A DNA stretch of 64,000 bases from Macrostomum lignano (lineage: Eukaryota). Location: contig NIVC01001510.1 in NCBI GenBank assembly GCA_002269645.1, forward strand, positions 186,001 to 250,000, given 5' to 3'. Positions 34,638-48,734 of the stretch are shown here, piece after piece. Within the stretch, counting starts at the first letter, position 1; every line of letters begins with the position of its first letter. The notes beneath the pieces are model-generated. The model was not told the DNA's origin. It saw only the letters and a program-made list of their open reading frames with translations, and searched no databases. A program made the translations under genes and the position numbers.

Positions 34638-34795
34638 TGTTGTGGGTTGATGGCTTTGCCATAGACATTTTTGTTACGCGACTGCGTTGATGAATGGAAC
34701 CATGCTATTGAGTTATGAAATAAATGATAGACGCGTCAGAGGTCAACAGACCGCTAGACTGACAATTGCTGAAGGCTAAAGCCAAAAGCACAACA
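34638..34795 (+). mobile_element. 158-bp solo LTR-like insert, copy 3
   Basis: Same sequence and TSD as copy 1. Confidence 0.7.
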
Positions 34796-36859
34796 CCCTC
34801 TCAGTGTCTACTCTCTCGTGTCATAGCCCTAGCAGTGCCGGCTCTCTCCCGTCATAGCCCCCTCAGTGTCTACCCTCTCCCGTCATAGCCCTCTCAGTGT
34901 CTACTCTCTCCCGTCATAGCCCTCAGTGTCTACTCTCTCGTGTCATAGCCCTCTCAGTGTCTACTCTCTCGTGTCATAGCCCTAGCAGTGCCGGCTCTCT
35001 CCCGTCATAGCCCTCTCAGTGTCTACTCTCTCCCGTCATAGCCCTCTCAGTGCCCATTCTCTCCTGTCATAGCCCTCTCAGTGTCTACTCTCTCGTGTCA
35101 TAGCCCCCTCAGTGTCTACCCTCTCCCGTCATAGCCCTCTCAGTGTCTGCTCTCTCCCGTCATAGCCCTCTCAGTGTCTACTCTCTCCCGTCATAGCCCC
35201 CTCAGTGTCTACTCTCTCCCGTCATAGCCCCCTCAGTGTCTACTCTCTCGTGTCATAGCCCTAGCAGTGCCGGCTCTCTCCCGTCATAGCCCCCTCAGTG
35301 TCTACCCTCTCCCGTCATAGCCCTCTCAGTGTCTACTCTCTCCCGTCATAGCCCTCAGTGTCTACTCTCTCGTGTCATAGCCCTCTCAGTGTCTACTCTC
35401 TCGTGTCATAGCCCTCTCAGTGTCTACTCTCTCGTGTCATAGCCCTAGCAGTGCCGGCTCTCTCCCGTCATAGCCCTCTCAGTGTCTACTCTCTCCCGTC
35501 ATAGCCCTCTCAGTGCCCATTCTCTCCTGTCATAGCCCTCTCAGTGTCTACTCTCTCGTGTCATAGCCCTCTCAGTGTCTACTATCTCCTGTCATAGCCC
35601 TCTCAGTGTCTACTCTCTCCTGTCATAGCCCTCTCAGTGCCCATTCTCTCCTGTCATAGCCCTCTCAGTGTCTACTCTCTCGTGTCATAGCCCTCTCAGT
35701 GTCTACTCTCTCCTGTCATAGCCCTCTCAGTGCCCATTCTCTCCTGTCATAGCCCTCTCAGTGTCTACTCTCTCGTGTCATAGCCCTCTCAGTGTCTACT
35801 ATCTCCTGTCATAGCCCTCTCAGTGTCTACTCTCTCCTGTCATAGCCCTCTCAGTGCCCATTCTCTCCTGTCATAGCCCTCTCAGTGTCTACTCTCTCGT
35901 GTCATAGCCCTCTCAGTGTCTACTCTCTCCTGTCATAGCCCTCTCAGTGCCCATTCTCTCCCGTCATAGCCCCCTCAGTGTCTACTCTCTCCCGTCATAG
36001 CCCTCTCTATATATCCACAAAATATAGCTACACGCAATAAAGCCGCTCAAAGAGAGAAGTGTAGCTACAATTTAATAGCACACGGAGTGCTGCGATGTCA
36101 ACTGGGAGTTTATATTGAATTCTTGAGGGTAAGAGGCGAAACCCAAGAAGACATGCAAACTAAAAGAAGTAATAACACAGGCATTGGGAATAGTTAAGTA
36201 GCAGCTGAAAGATTTTCAAATCAGACTGTGAGCAGAATCAGTTGTCAGGAAAATCCCAAACCCTCTGAGCACGGGGACCATACCGATACAGTATGGCTAT
36301 TTAGCCAGCTGGAACGGACAGAATCGCCGTCCTATTAATCTTCCCACAGACCCCGGCAATGGCAAACTGTATCATATAGTCGTATTATTCAGGCTACATA
36401 TCACTATATAATAAAAGCGTTAAAATATAAATGCAAAAACCAAACCAATTTAAGCAACGCTTTACGCCAACGCCAATGCTAATGTGATCACTGAGACCGA
36501 CAAATGACAAATAATTTAAGATTTGCACAACATGGGGGGCGTGAAATCCTGATGTCATTTAATTATTAAGGCATTAATAAAGCTTTGATGTTGATATGTT
36601 ATGCATTATCTATAGTTTTGCCTCATTCACACTACTGATAATAGACTAGCTAGCTATACGAGCTTATATTTGGCAAGTTTACTAAGTTCAGTGGGTTAGG
36701 GAACACCACCAAGGCAACAACATTAGCTGCAAGTTAAGCAGAGTTGGTCGCGGTTAGTAGATAAAAAAGCTGCTGAAGGGTGAGTGAGTGGCAAGTTAAC
36801 TTGAGGTCGCCCTACTGCGATAGGATGCAGCTCAGAACTGTACGTGGTATGAAATGATA

Positions 36860-38255
36860 TTGAGAATTGAGTGTCATATTCAGTGTCTCAGGTGAGAATT
36901 GAGTGTCAAATTCAGTGTCTCAGGGGTGAGATTTGAGTGTCATATTCAGTGTCCCAGGTGAGATTTGAGTGTCATATTTAGCGTCTCAGGTTAGATTTGA
37001 GTGTCATATTTAGCGTCTCAGGTGAGAATTGAGTGTCATATTTAGTGTCTCAGGTGAGATTTGAGTGTCATATTCAGTGTCCCAGGTGAGATTTGAGTGT
37101 CATATTTAGTGTCTCAGGTGAGATTTGAGTGTCACATTCAGTGTCTCAGGTGAGATTTGAGTGTCATATTTAGTGTCTCAGGTGAGATTTGAGTGTCATA
37201 TTCAGTGTCCCAGGTGAGATTTGAGTGTCACATTCAGTGTCTCATGTGAGATTTGAGTGTCATATTTAGCGTCTCAGGTGAGATTTAAGTGTCATATTTA
37301 GCGTCCCAGGTGAGATTTGAGTGTCATATTTAGCGTCTCAGGTGAGATTTGAGTGTCATATTTAGCGTCTCAGGTGAGATTTGAGTGTCATATTTAGCGT
37401 CCCAGGTGAGAATTGAGTGTCATATTTAGTGTCTCAGGTGAGATTTGAGTGTCATATTCAGTGTCCCAGGTGAGATTTGAGTGTCATATTTGGTGTCTCA
37501 GGTGAGATTTGAGTGTCACATTCAGTGTCTCAGGTGAGATTTGAGTGTCATATTTAGTGTCTCAGGTGAGATTTGAGTGTCATATTCAGTGTCCCAGGTG
37601 AGATTTGAGTGTCACATTCAGTGTCTCATGTGAGATTTGAGTGTCATATTTAGCGTCTCAGGTGAGATTTAAGTGTCATATTTAGCGTCTCAGGTGAGAT
37701 TTGAGTGTCATATTTAGCGTCTCAGGTGAGATTTGAGTGTCATATTTAGTGTCTCAGGTGAGATTTGAGTGTCATATTTAGCGTCTCATGTGAGATTTGA
37801 GTGTCATATTTAGCGTCTCAGGTGAGATTTGAGTGTCAAATTCAGTGTCTCAGGTGAGATTTGAGTGTCATATTTAGCGTCTCAGGTGAGATTTGAGTGT
37901 CAAATTCAGTGTCTCAGGTGAGATTTGAGTGCCATAGTTAGCGTCTCAGGTGAGATTTGAGTGTCATATTTAGCGTCTCAGGTTAGATTTGAGTGTCATT
38001 TTCAGTGTCTCAGGTGCGATTTGAGTGTCATAGTTAGCGTCTCAGGTGAGATTTGAGTGTCATATTTAGCGTCTCAGGTGAGATTTGAGTGTCATATTTA
38101 GCGTCTCAGGTTAGATTTGAGTGTCATATTTAGCGTCTCAGGTTAGATTTGAGTGTCATATTTAGCGTCTCAGGTTAGATTTGAGTGTCATATTTAGCGT
38201 CTCAGGTTAGATTTGAGTGTCATATTTAGCGTCTCAGGTGAGATTTGAGTGTCAT
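36860..38255. repeat. 32-bp satellite (CAGGTGAGATTTGAGTGTCATATTTAGCGTCT)
   Basis: About 43 units. Confidence 0.95.
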
Positions 38256-39272
38256 ACCCAAATCGGGATGATAGGGCATCCATATTCCATAAGACACCCA
38301 GATTAACCAAGAGTTGAAAAATGAAACGATAAAATGTCAATTAACTCATAGATGCAATGAATTATGATTATTTTGGCAAGCAAGCGATATGCCTTGCAAG
38401 GACTGGATTTACCAGCGAAGGGCTAACACGCAAGCTCAATCCATTTTACTTAATCAATGATGAAAAAGGACAATAGATGACTAACAGTAGTATATATAGT
38501 GCACCAAATGGATTAATATATATTTTTTCAATTTTACGAGTAAAAGCCAATGAAATCTGTGGGCAATTTGGGAATTATTAAAGAAAAACAGACCAAATCG
38601 GTGCATGGAATTTATAGCACACAGCGGGCGACTGACAGCGGAGTTGGAGAGACATTGTTCAACACAAATCTTGCAATTGGCAATGTGCTGCAGCTTACTA
38701 AATTATTATTCAAAGCAAACCAATCTTTGTGCCTAAATCCTGTCAGATAAGTCAGCGCTGTTAGTTCAACAAATCAAGATGATTGTTTTTATTGATAAAC
38801 TGATTTTGTCTTTTTTCTCTTTTTCATCTGCTATAGCTTTTATGCGAATCGGAATTCAAGCTACTATCAGTAGTAAATAAGGAACACGCGTGCATAAAAA
38901 AATTTGTTATGAGCTAAAAATAGTTTTCGTACTAGAATAACAAGGCCGAGAGACATTTCGGCAATTATTCCTCAAGCAACGAGACATTGAAGGCAGCGGA
39001 TATGAAAGCAGCAAAATGAGACACTCCAAAATAGATTTAACGGTAAGAATATTTTTATAACGATTTCAGGCAAGGACGCCGCAAGCGAGCGCACGGGAGT
39101 CACTATATGGGGAAATTCGAGACTGAGACACAGAGAAAAAGTGCAGAAATATTTTTTTCGATTAATTTATATACCTACCTACTGCCCATTTCTACTATCG
39201 ATAATATTAGTAGTATTTAACGAATATCAAAAGATAAATAAGACAGTCAGCACGGTGATAATCATTGGACAG

Positions 39273-42200
39273 CTAGTGATGATCGTCTTCTTCGTCTGCC
39301 TCGTTCTTCAGGTATTTGTCGTAGGCAGCCTGGTCCATCAGCAGCTTCAGCTCGTCCTTGTCGCTCAGGCTGACCTTGAAAATCCAGCCTGCAAAACATT
39401 TTCAGCATGCTTTTTTCTAGAGGAAATTTCTTTGCCAAACTTTCCAGCCTGAGTGAAACAAAACTATTATGTTTACTAGTTCAGGTATAGAAAATACCCC
39501 GGACTGATATGACACACTGCAGTTCAGGTATAGAAAATACCCCGGACTGATATGACACACTGCAGTTCAGGTATGGAAAATACCCCGGACTGATATGACA
39601 AACTGCAGTTCAGGTATGGAAAATACCCCGGACTGATATGACACACTGCAGTTCAGGTATGGAAAATACCCCGGACTGATATGAGAAACTGCAGTTCAAG
39701 TATAGAAAATCCCTAGACTGATATGAGAAACTGCAGTAGAGACACAGAGAATACCCCCCATTTGATATGAGAAACTGCAGTTCAGACACAGAGAATACCC
39801 CCCATTTGATATGACAAACTGCAGTAGAGACACAGAGAATACCCCCCATTTGATATGAGAAACTGCAGTTCAGACACAGAGAATACCCCCCCATTTGATA
39901 TGAGAAACTGCAGTTCAGACACAGAGAATACCCCCCCCATTTGATATGAGAAACTGCAGTTCAGACACAGAGAATACCCCCCCATTTGATATGAGAAACT
40001 GCAGTTCAGACACAGAGAATACCCCCCATTTGATATGAGAAACTGCAGTTCAGACACAGAGAATACCCCCCATTTAATATGAGAAACTGCAGTAGAGACA
40101 CAGAGAATACCCCCCATTTGATATGAGAAACTGCAGTTCAGACACAGAGAATACCCCCCATTTAATATGAGAAACTGCAGTAGAGACACAGAGAATACCC
40201 CCATTTAATATGAGAAACTGCAGTAGAGACACAGAGAATACCCCCCATTTAATATGAGAAACTGCAGTAGAGACACAGAGAATACCCCCCATTTGATATG
40301 ACAAACTGCAGTTCAGACACAGAGAATAACCCCCATTTAATATGACAAACTGCAGTAGAGACACAGAGAATTACCCCCTCCAGACAGATCTAGATTTCCC
40401 AAAAAAACTGCACAAAACTACTCAAAATCAGCAGATTAGCACGCTGGAATCCAAGAGAACGAATACACTTTATGATTCGGAATTTCGGGCACGCACTGTG
40501 GGGCGGAATTTTCTGCAAGCGGTCAAAAATAGTTAACGAGCCTCCCCCCCCAGGTGTTCCGTTGGGACGGAAATTTACTAAACAGACTTGCACCGGCACG
40601 TGAAGAAATGGCGCGAATCTCTGTGTACAAGACTGTACAATAGTGACGCCCAATTCAGATAACTATGTCTGCATAACTGATAAGGAAAATGTGCGTCAGA
40701 CAAGAGCTTAGACGCACGCTGTTGCGACCTGGAAAACTAGCGGCCAGTATTATATTATATAGGGTCAGCCGATACCCACACTGTTTAAATCAGTGAAAAC
40801 TGACCTTTTTCTAGGGGCGACTTGTTGATGAGGGCGAAGTCAGTTTCTAGCGATTTGTTAACATCGGTAACGGTGCCAGACACAGGGGAGTAGACTTCGC
40901 TGGCCGCTTTCACTGACTCCACTGCTGCTACGTCCTCTGAAATGGGCGGGAGACGCGAGCTGGATTGAGCTGCAATTGTCTGCGATATAATCAGAAGATC
41001 AGGGAGAGACAGGGATGAAAGGGGAAGAGATGGGGATGAAATGGGGAAACAGGGGTGAAAATACAGACAGGGATGAAAGGGGAAGAGACAGGGATGAAAG
41101 GGAAAGAGACAGGGATGAAAGGAAAGAAGAGACAGGGACAAAAGAAAAATGCAGAAATCTCACCATTTAACTCAATAATGCGATCCACTTCTGGCAGCTG
41201 CACATAGACTACGTCGCCGAGCTTCTCCTGAGCATAGTTGGAGATGCCAACCCGAGCCAGAGAGTCGGACTCCATGATTACATACTCGTGCTTCTTACTG
41301 TAGTAAACATCTAAAATTTCAAAATGAGGTACATTATTAATAGCAATTAAATTAATATCATAAATAAATGCAGTTTTTTAAATGATTTTTGACAAACTTG
41401 TTTTAATAATCTAAACAGTGGTACAACTTGGGTAGGAAAGTGGCTGCCACTCTTTTGAAGGAGATTTTGAAGGCAAAATGCACCCATATTTAATTATAAT
41501 ATATTTAGCATCATTATAAAAGTGCACATAATATGTAACATAAGCATATCATGCTATATATTATCTTAAATTCTACTAAGGATTTCTAGAAATCAAATTC
41601 ATGCAAAATTGCAAGCTTTTGGAGTTCTGTCATAGCTATAAATATAACTAGGCCTATAGGAAGTTATTGATAGGGGGTTTTAGACAAAACATTGGATATG
41701 GTTATAGGAACATTTCCCATATCTATTAATACTGGCCACCTAATAATTGAGACTTGGCTTATAAACAAATGTTTATTTACTTTCCTCTGGATATAACTAT
41801 TTTATTTTGCACTCAATCTCTAATACTAAAACATGATTAGAGCCTTTGATTTTATGAGTGGGAAGGCAAAAATGAATGAATGTTGTCTGTTTCAAAGCTT
41901 ATATAAGAGAGCTTTTTAGTCCTTGGGGTTAAGGACTTAAGCAAAAGATTTTCCATGCTGTATGCAATTCATATGCTACAAATGCAATGGACAGGTCTAG
42001 ATTAGCTAGCAATTTCTATTTCCAATGTTTCTATCTAAGACTTGGGAAATACTTAGGATAAATATAAATACTTGGGAAATATAACAAAGCTTATCAAATA
42101 TTATTTATCATTACCCTGATTTTGATTCATTAATTTTACAAACACTTTTCAAATAATTAATTTTTTACCTAAGTTCTATATCTTAAATAATATACACTCT

Positions 42201-43853
42201 GCTATTTCTTTAATGTATAGGCCCTAATTTTTATATTTCTTTAATATACACATAGTATTTTTTCTATTTCTTTAATTTCATTCCTGCCACCAAGTTATAA
42301 TAGAAATAATTGGTCCCTATGATTAAACCATAATTAGCAGTTACTAAGTTGTATTAATGTTCTTATATACCATAGTTGGGAAGGTGGCACAGTGTGCACT
42401 GGAACTATTTTGATGGCTTTTGAGCACTGTGCGCCGTGTGCCATGAAGAAAATATTTTGTGCGCCGCAGCGCGCCATGATAAGGTAAGGTAAGGTAATTA
42501 ATAATTCACTGGTAAACAAATTTGAATTTATGGTAGACAAATTTGAATTTCATTTACGTATTTTATATTGTGATTTATGTAATTTTAGTACTCTGATAGT
42601 ATAACATTTTATTTTACGAATTATAGAATTAGTAACAAACTAACAAACTATCAGTAAACTGCTTTATTTTAAGCTTTCTTTGCTTTATTTTATTAAATAT
42701 GAATTATGAAATTTGTTATTCTGCATAGATTCTCTTCACATGAAGAAGAATGTTAAATTTGTCCAGGGCACTTCCTAATTCATATTTAATAAAATAAAGC
42801 AAAAAAGCTTAAAATAAAGCAGTTTATTGGTAGTTTGTGAGGAATAAACAAATTTAATGCTTGTTCCTACGATTTGTATGACAGAAACTAAAGTGTCTGT
42901 AGAAGTGTCTGAATAAGTGTCGGCGAATGTTTCATATGTTAGTATAACATTTTATTTTACGAATTATGGAATTAGGCCTGATACTATATATTTTGCAAAG
43001 TATAACAAAGTGTAACTATATATTTTTTCAGTGCCATGCGCCATGTGCACCGCCAGAGCATTTCCAATTTTTCCTTGTACCCCGTGTGCGTCGTGTGTGC
43101 CAAAAAAGGGCCAATTTGTGCCGGAATTGCCACTTTCCCAGCTATGGCTTATATATACAATGAGCCAGCAGTAAGGGGGGACCAAGCAAATTTTTGCCAA
43201 AAACAGAGCCACCCCTCCACCCCCCTCCCAGAACTTTACCCTCCAGAATCTGCCCTCCCCTCAAAAAATTTCTGGTTGTGCTACTGTGAGCCACTTGATT
43301 AGCTACTAAGTGCTTTACTATAGTCAACAATATCCTTGCCATACATGCCCAACCCCAGCCAATTGGCCAATAAGTGGCAAGAGGTCTAGCCAAGGTAAAC
43401 TTTAAAAATGCAAACTTAAAAAATACAGATGCAGTACTAATTAGATGATGGGGCATTTTGCCTTAGTAGTTTAGTCATAGTTACTCCTGCTATTTACCCA
43501 AAATTATATAAATTATATAATCCCTTTTATACATCTAGGCCTAGATCAGGAAGGACAGGCAGGTGGAGGTTGGCCGGTTGGGATAGCTATCTCATTGACA
43601 AAAAATAGCTCACTTTAAAAGTGCACAGCACTGAAAAGTCAATGCAACATCTAGCTGAAAAGCACCAGACTATAAGTTATTATAAGTGTCAAAGATCAAA
43701 TAATTAATTTTCACCTTGGTTTTTATTCGCTTGTTGAGAAAAAGAACAGACTCGAAAATTGCCATGATAGATATTTGAGAGTTTAATGCTCTTTCCAACT
43801 GAAAGCAGGCGTGATGCTTGACCGCGAGTGACAATCGAAAGAAGAGAGTTCAT
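39273..43853 (-). CDS. GCSH: Glycine cleavage system H protein, mitochondrial; exons 43853-43715, 41310-41164, 40936-40805, 39388-39273 (177 aa)
   Basis: Transit-peptide-like exon 1, YYSKKHEYV, VGISNYAQEKLGDVVYVQLP, lipoyl motif VESVKAASEVYSPVSG, GWIFKV. Splice phases are consistent. Confidence 0.95.
39470..40375. repeat. 43-45-bp minisatellite in GCSH intron 3 (two related variants)
   Basis: CTGCAGTTCAG...ATACCCC...GATATGA units. Confidence 0.9.
42370..43147. mobile_element. Non-autonomous TIR DNA transposon (778 bp) in GCSH intron 1
   Basis: 20-bp TIRs CCATAGTTGGGAAGGTGGCA / TGCCACTTTCCCAGCTATGG (18/20 match); exact 8-bp TSD CTTATATA (42362-42369, 43148-43155). Confidence 0.85.
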
Positions 43854-44987
43854 TTGACACTGATTTACAATAAAATATTAATCTTTAACACTAAAAGTCG
43901 CTTTTAAAAGGTCTTGACACAGCTTTAAACTTGTTTTCTATCTATAAACTAATACACACTCGCTAGGTCACTATTCTATAGACTCGATCAAGTTCTAGGT
44001 AGAGCTCTCTATATATTAAGCGGACTGAAAAATTAAAAAGTTTTAAAATCGCGCCGAGTAAGATAGCAACATTATAAAAAATCGATCGTGTTTTATTGAT
44101 ATAGAACTTTTTTTCAAGATGATTTAGGATAAAAAATTATTTAAGAGCATTAATAAATAGTATCAATGGGTCCTAACTAAAGCATTGCAACTTAAACATC
44201 TAAGCACTGTGATCGAACAAGTCAGATATCTGAGGGTTGGATTTGCCACAACTTTAAGCAGCTTGTTTTTCTGGGCAGCTTGAAAACTCTTTTTGAGAAA
44301 ATCTGAGAACACGCTATCATACTTTTGTCATCGACATGAACAGTTAAATACAAAAGGAGGGACTACTCTACTCTCTCTCAAAAACTCGACTAAACGTGGC
44401 CCCTTGCAAGCTTTCGTTGGAACTCGCTTTGTCTCTCACACTGCAACAATGTTTTCTTAAAACATAGCCATGGCCTATGTATACATCTGTGCTTTGAAAT
44501 ACATATTTTGCCATAAACAACTATATTGGCTTGTTTGGTTTCCATTTCCACCAACAAATACCAAGTATACCAATTATTTTTTATTCTCGGAACTTTTTTA
44601 AATCGTCAAAACAAATGTATTAAGCAGAAAATAAATTATACGTAGGTTTATCACTGATATTGTACTCAGAAAAGAGTTTTAAATAACTTTTTGAGTAGTA
44701 AAAATATTTCTACTAGAGATAGGAATAGAGATAGAGTCATCCTTTACCCACAGTTTTCAACTTTCTACATTTTTTCTTGAATTGAAAATTTATATAACGC
44801 AGTCGAAGGCGGTTTTGCAGCATTTAATTTATAGTTCATGTTAAAAAATTACTGAATTTTCCATGTTTTGACTACAATCTCTTTATCCGCTAATCAAAAA
44901 ATTATTTTATAAATCAATTTAAATAAATACTGTTTGACATATATCAAGAATTTAAAACAATATTTCGCAAGTACTACGCGTATTGAG

Positions 44988-47900
44988 ATGTCATCCCAGC
45001 AAAATGTTTATGGTGCAGGACCTACTGTTGGTCTTAATTATACGTTTGACCCAGTCCTATTTCTAAAGCAACCGACAACTATTGTTAGAATAATTTCTTG
45101 GGTAAGTTTTTTTAACCAATATATCTACCGATTTGTGTATAATATTGTGGTTTCAAAATATATTGTACTGAAAAAAACGTACAGATTTAGGCTTATTATT
45201 TCATTTTGCATTAGCTGAAAGATTAACATTTTACACAGTGAACCAATGTCATTAAAAAATTGAAATGTGAAGCAGCGAAACTAAAATACTTGTAGTTGTA
45301 TTTTTCGTTATACATGACACAAGTAAACTTTAATGCTTTATTGTATTGTAAAATTGTCAAATTGACCCGTTGACAGAAATTATTAGCTGTACAAAACAAA
45401 TTGTTTAATTTAATTGTGTAGTTTAACTTGTGTTTAATTTAGTGTCTGAATTGATTAATATATTTTCCTTATTTTTATCCTTTCAGATATTCTCAATAAT
45501 TGTGTTTGGCTGCATCAGTAGCGGCTGCTACGTTGAGAGCATCTGCATCTTTAATTTTGACGCAAACGCCTGCGCCTACGGCCTAATCGTTGGTGTTGTC
45601 GCATTTTTGGCTAGCATGGGCTTCCTCGTTATGGACGCCCTGTTTCCAAGGCTGTCCTCGGCGCAGATCAGGAAGTATGTTGTCCTGGCGGATGCAATAT
45701 TTTCTGGTAAGCGCGATCACTTAGAATTGTAGCTCGTAGGGAGTTACCGTCATTTGGCTGCCCCATTCACACAATTTTCTGCATTGCAGAATATTTCCGC
45801 AATAATTTGTTAACAAAGAAACGTATATATATATTTCCAAAATTCCCATCTTCAATGTCCGAAAACTTACTTCGTTTCAATCGTGTCAAACTTAGAACCA
45901 AATTTAACCAAAACTTGCCGGATATCGGGTGCTGTAACCTTGCCTTTACACCGGTCTGTTATATAATTATCTGTCGATTCTCCTGTGCAGCCGTGTGGGC
46001 ATTCTTCTACTTTGTGGCCTTCTGCTACCTGACCAATCGGCTGGCGTCCCTGCCCGACAGCTTCGCGGCTTTGCTCAGCATTCAGCAGTGGCAGTTCAAC
46101 AACGCTCGGGCCAGCGTTGCTTTCTGCTTTCTCTCAATTGTCTCATTCGGCCTGCTGGTCTTCTTTGCCGTGCAAAAATACCGCCAGGGCCAGCAGGAGG
46201 CGTTTCCTGCCGCTGCTCAGGTGAGGTCCCACTATACTTACTATAGTAATGCGGATGCATGGCATTTGTTACAACTTTCAACTTCGTAATGACTCAATGG
46301 AAGATTGAAAAACACGCGAAAACCATAATCTTGTCTCGAGTTTCTTTTGTCAAAAACCCTCAAAATATTCACATGCCTCAAATCCCGAAGCCTTACAATC
46401 CCCAAACCTCATAATTCCCAAGCTCAACAATTCCAAGATTTTACAATTTCCAAACTTAACACTGAACGAAACTTAACAATCCCCAAACTTAGTAAAGCTT
46501 AGTGAAGTTTGAGAATTGTGAAGTTTGGGGATTGTGAAGTCTGGGGATTCTGAAGTTTAAGGTTTGTGAAGTTTGCATTGGGCTTGTGAAGTTTGGGGAT
46601 CGTGAAGTTTCGGGACAGTGAAGTATGTGGATTGTGAAGTTTGGGGATTTTGAAGTTTGGGGGTTTGTGAAGTTTGGGGATTTTGAATTTTGGGGATTTT
46701 GAAGTTTGGGGATTTTAAAGTTTGGGGATTGTGAAGTTTGGGGATTGTGAAGTTTAGGGATTGTGAAGTTTGGGGATTGTGAAGTTTGGGGATTGTGAAA
46801 TTTGAGAATTGTGAAGTTTGGGGATTGTGAAGTTTGGGGATTGTGAAGTTTGGGGATTGTGAAGTTTGGGGATTGTGAAGTTTGGGGATTGTGAAGTTTG
46901 GGGATTGTGAAGTTTGGGGATTGTGAAGTTTGGGGATTGTGAAGTTTGGGAATTGTGAAATTTGGGAATTGTGAAGTTTGGGGATTGTGAAGTTTGGGGA
47001 TTGTGAAGTTTGGGGATTGTGAAGTTTGGGGATTGTGAAGTTTGGGAATTGTGAAGTTTGGGGATTGTGAAGTCTGGGGATTCTGAAGTTTAAGGTTTGT
47101 GAAGTTTGCATTGGGCTTGTGAAGTTTGGGGATCGTGAAGTTTCGGGACAGTGAAGTATGTGGATTGTGAAGTTTGGGGATTTTGAAGTTTGGGGGTTTG
47201 TGAAGTTTGGGGATTTTGAATTTTGGGGATTTTGAAGTTTGGGGATTTTAAAGTTTGGGGATTGTGAAGTTTGGGGATTGTGAAGTTTAGGGATTGTGAA
47301 GTTTGGGGATTGTGAAGTTTGGGGATTGTGAAATTTGAGAATTGTGAAGTTTGGGGATTGTGAAGTTTGGGGATTGTTAAGTTTGGGGATTGTGAAGTTT
47401 GGGGATTGTGAAGGTTGGGGATTGTGAAGTTTAAGGTTTGTGAAGTTTGCATTGGGCTTGTGAAGTTTGGGGATCGTGAAGTTTCGGGACAGTGAAGTAT
47501 GTGGATTGTGAAGTTTGGGGATTTTGAAGTTTGGGGGTTTGTGAAGTTTGGGGATTTTGAATTTTGGGGATTTTGAAGTTTGGGGATTTTAAAGTTTGGG
47601 GATTGTGAAGTTTGGGGATTGTGAAGTTTAGGGATTGTGAAGTTTGGGGATTGTGAAGTTTGGGGATTGTGAAATTTGAGAATTGTGAAGTTTGGGGATT
47701 GTGAAGTTTGGGGATTGTGAAGTTTGGGGATTGTGAAGTTTGGGGATTGTGAAGTTTGGGGATTGTGAAGTTTGGGGATTGTGAAGGCTGGGGATTGTGA
47801 AGTTTGGGGATTGTGAAGTTTGGGAATTGTGAAATTTGGGAATTGTGAAGTTTGGGGATTGTGAAGTTTGGGGATTGTGAAGTTTGGGGATTGTGAAGTT

Positions 47901-48235
47901 TGGGGATTGTGAAGTTTGGGAATTGTGAAGTTTGGGGATTGTGAAGTTTGGGGATTGTGAAGTTTGGGGATTGTGAAATTTGTGAAGTATTAACAAATAA
48001 GATTAATTAATTAACTCAAAACATACAATAAATATTCTATCGTATTGCAACAGCCTATAAATTCTGGCAATTCCGCTCAGTTTCAATTCCCAAATCCTCC
48101 ATGCCGCAGGTCGAGTCGGAAGTGGCATCTCAGCAGCCACCGACCAGGCCGGATTCAAACTACCAGCAGCCGCCGTTCAGCTTCGGTGGCGCCGCTGCCG
48201 ACATCGACGATCAGCACAGGCAACCGACCTACTGA
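44988..48235 (+). CDS. SYNGR: Synaptogyrin (MARVEL domain); exons 44988-45101, 45487-45706, 45991-46220, 48110-48235 (229 aa)
   Basis: YGAG....FDPVLFLKQP..IVRIISW|IFSIIVFGCI, CIFN.DANAC.YG..VGV.AFL, AVWAFFYFVAFCYLTN, NNARASVAFCFLSI. AATAAA follows the stop. Confidence 0.94.
46500..47985. repeat. 16-bp satellite (TTGTGAAGTTTGGGGA) in synaptogyrin intron 3
   Basis: Tandem array with internal block duplications. Confidence 0.95.
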
Positions 48236-48734
48236 CAGTAGCTAGTTAAGATTTGTTTTTATTCAATAAATCTTACCAACTTTTTGCGTCTTATTTCATT
48301 CAACAGCTAACCGCATTACAAAATAGTTTCACTAACTTAAAACACAGAAGCTTGTTAATCCAGCTTTAAAGGATTTAAATTTAAATTTTGAGAATTTTAT
48401 TTAATTTTTTTTTCTCCCGAGTGGCCCTTGGTCCTGTGTGGTATCACTAATGAAAGATATTGAGATTGTGACCCCACCTCTTCTTCGAGATTAACTGACC
48501 AATGTACCTACTAATCTCTACTGTTGCTCATATTATAGCGTAAGTAAATATCCAGCTGACTTGTAATGTGTTTTAGTTTTTCTTATATCCCTCCGATACT
48601 TGTTTGTCATTGATTTAAAGTATAAATCTTATCTACATCCGCTAGCTCTTTTGAGAAATTTTACCGCGCAGAATGAATGTACGAGTATCGTAAATGAATT
48701 ATTGAACTTTAAAAACTTTTTGTCATTTTGACTT

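Larger units (their letters stand above)
29538..36005. repeat. 31-bp satellite (CATAGCCCCCTCAGTGTCTACTCTCTCCCGT) with 1925-bp higher-order repeat
   Basis: About 190 units; an embedded unique insert recurs at 30788, 32713 and 34638 (period 1925). Confidence 0.96.

Noticed and set aside
29538-36005. CRISPR-like array
   Set aside because: Units are contiguous without unique spacers, the three inserts are the same sequence, there are no cas genes, and the context is eukaryotic.
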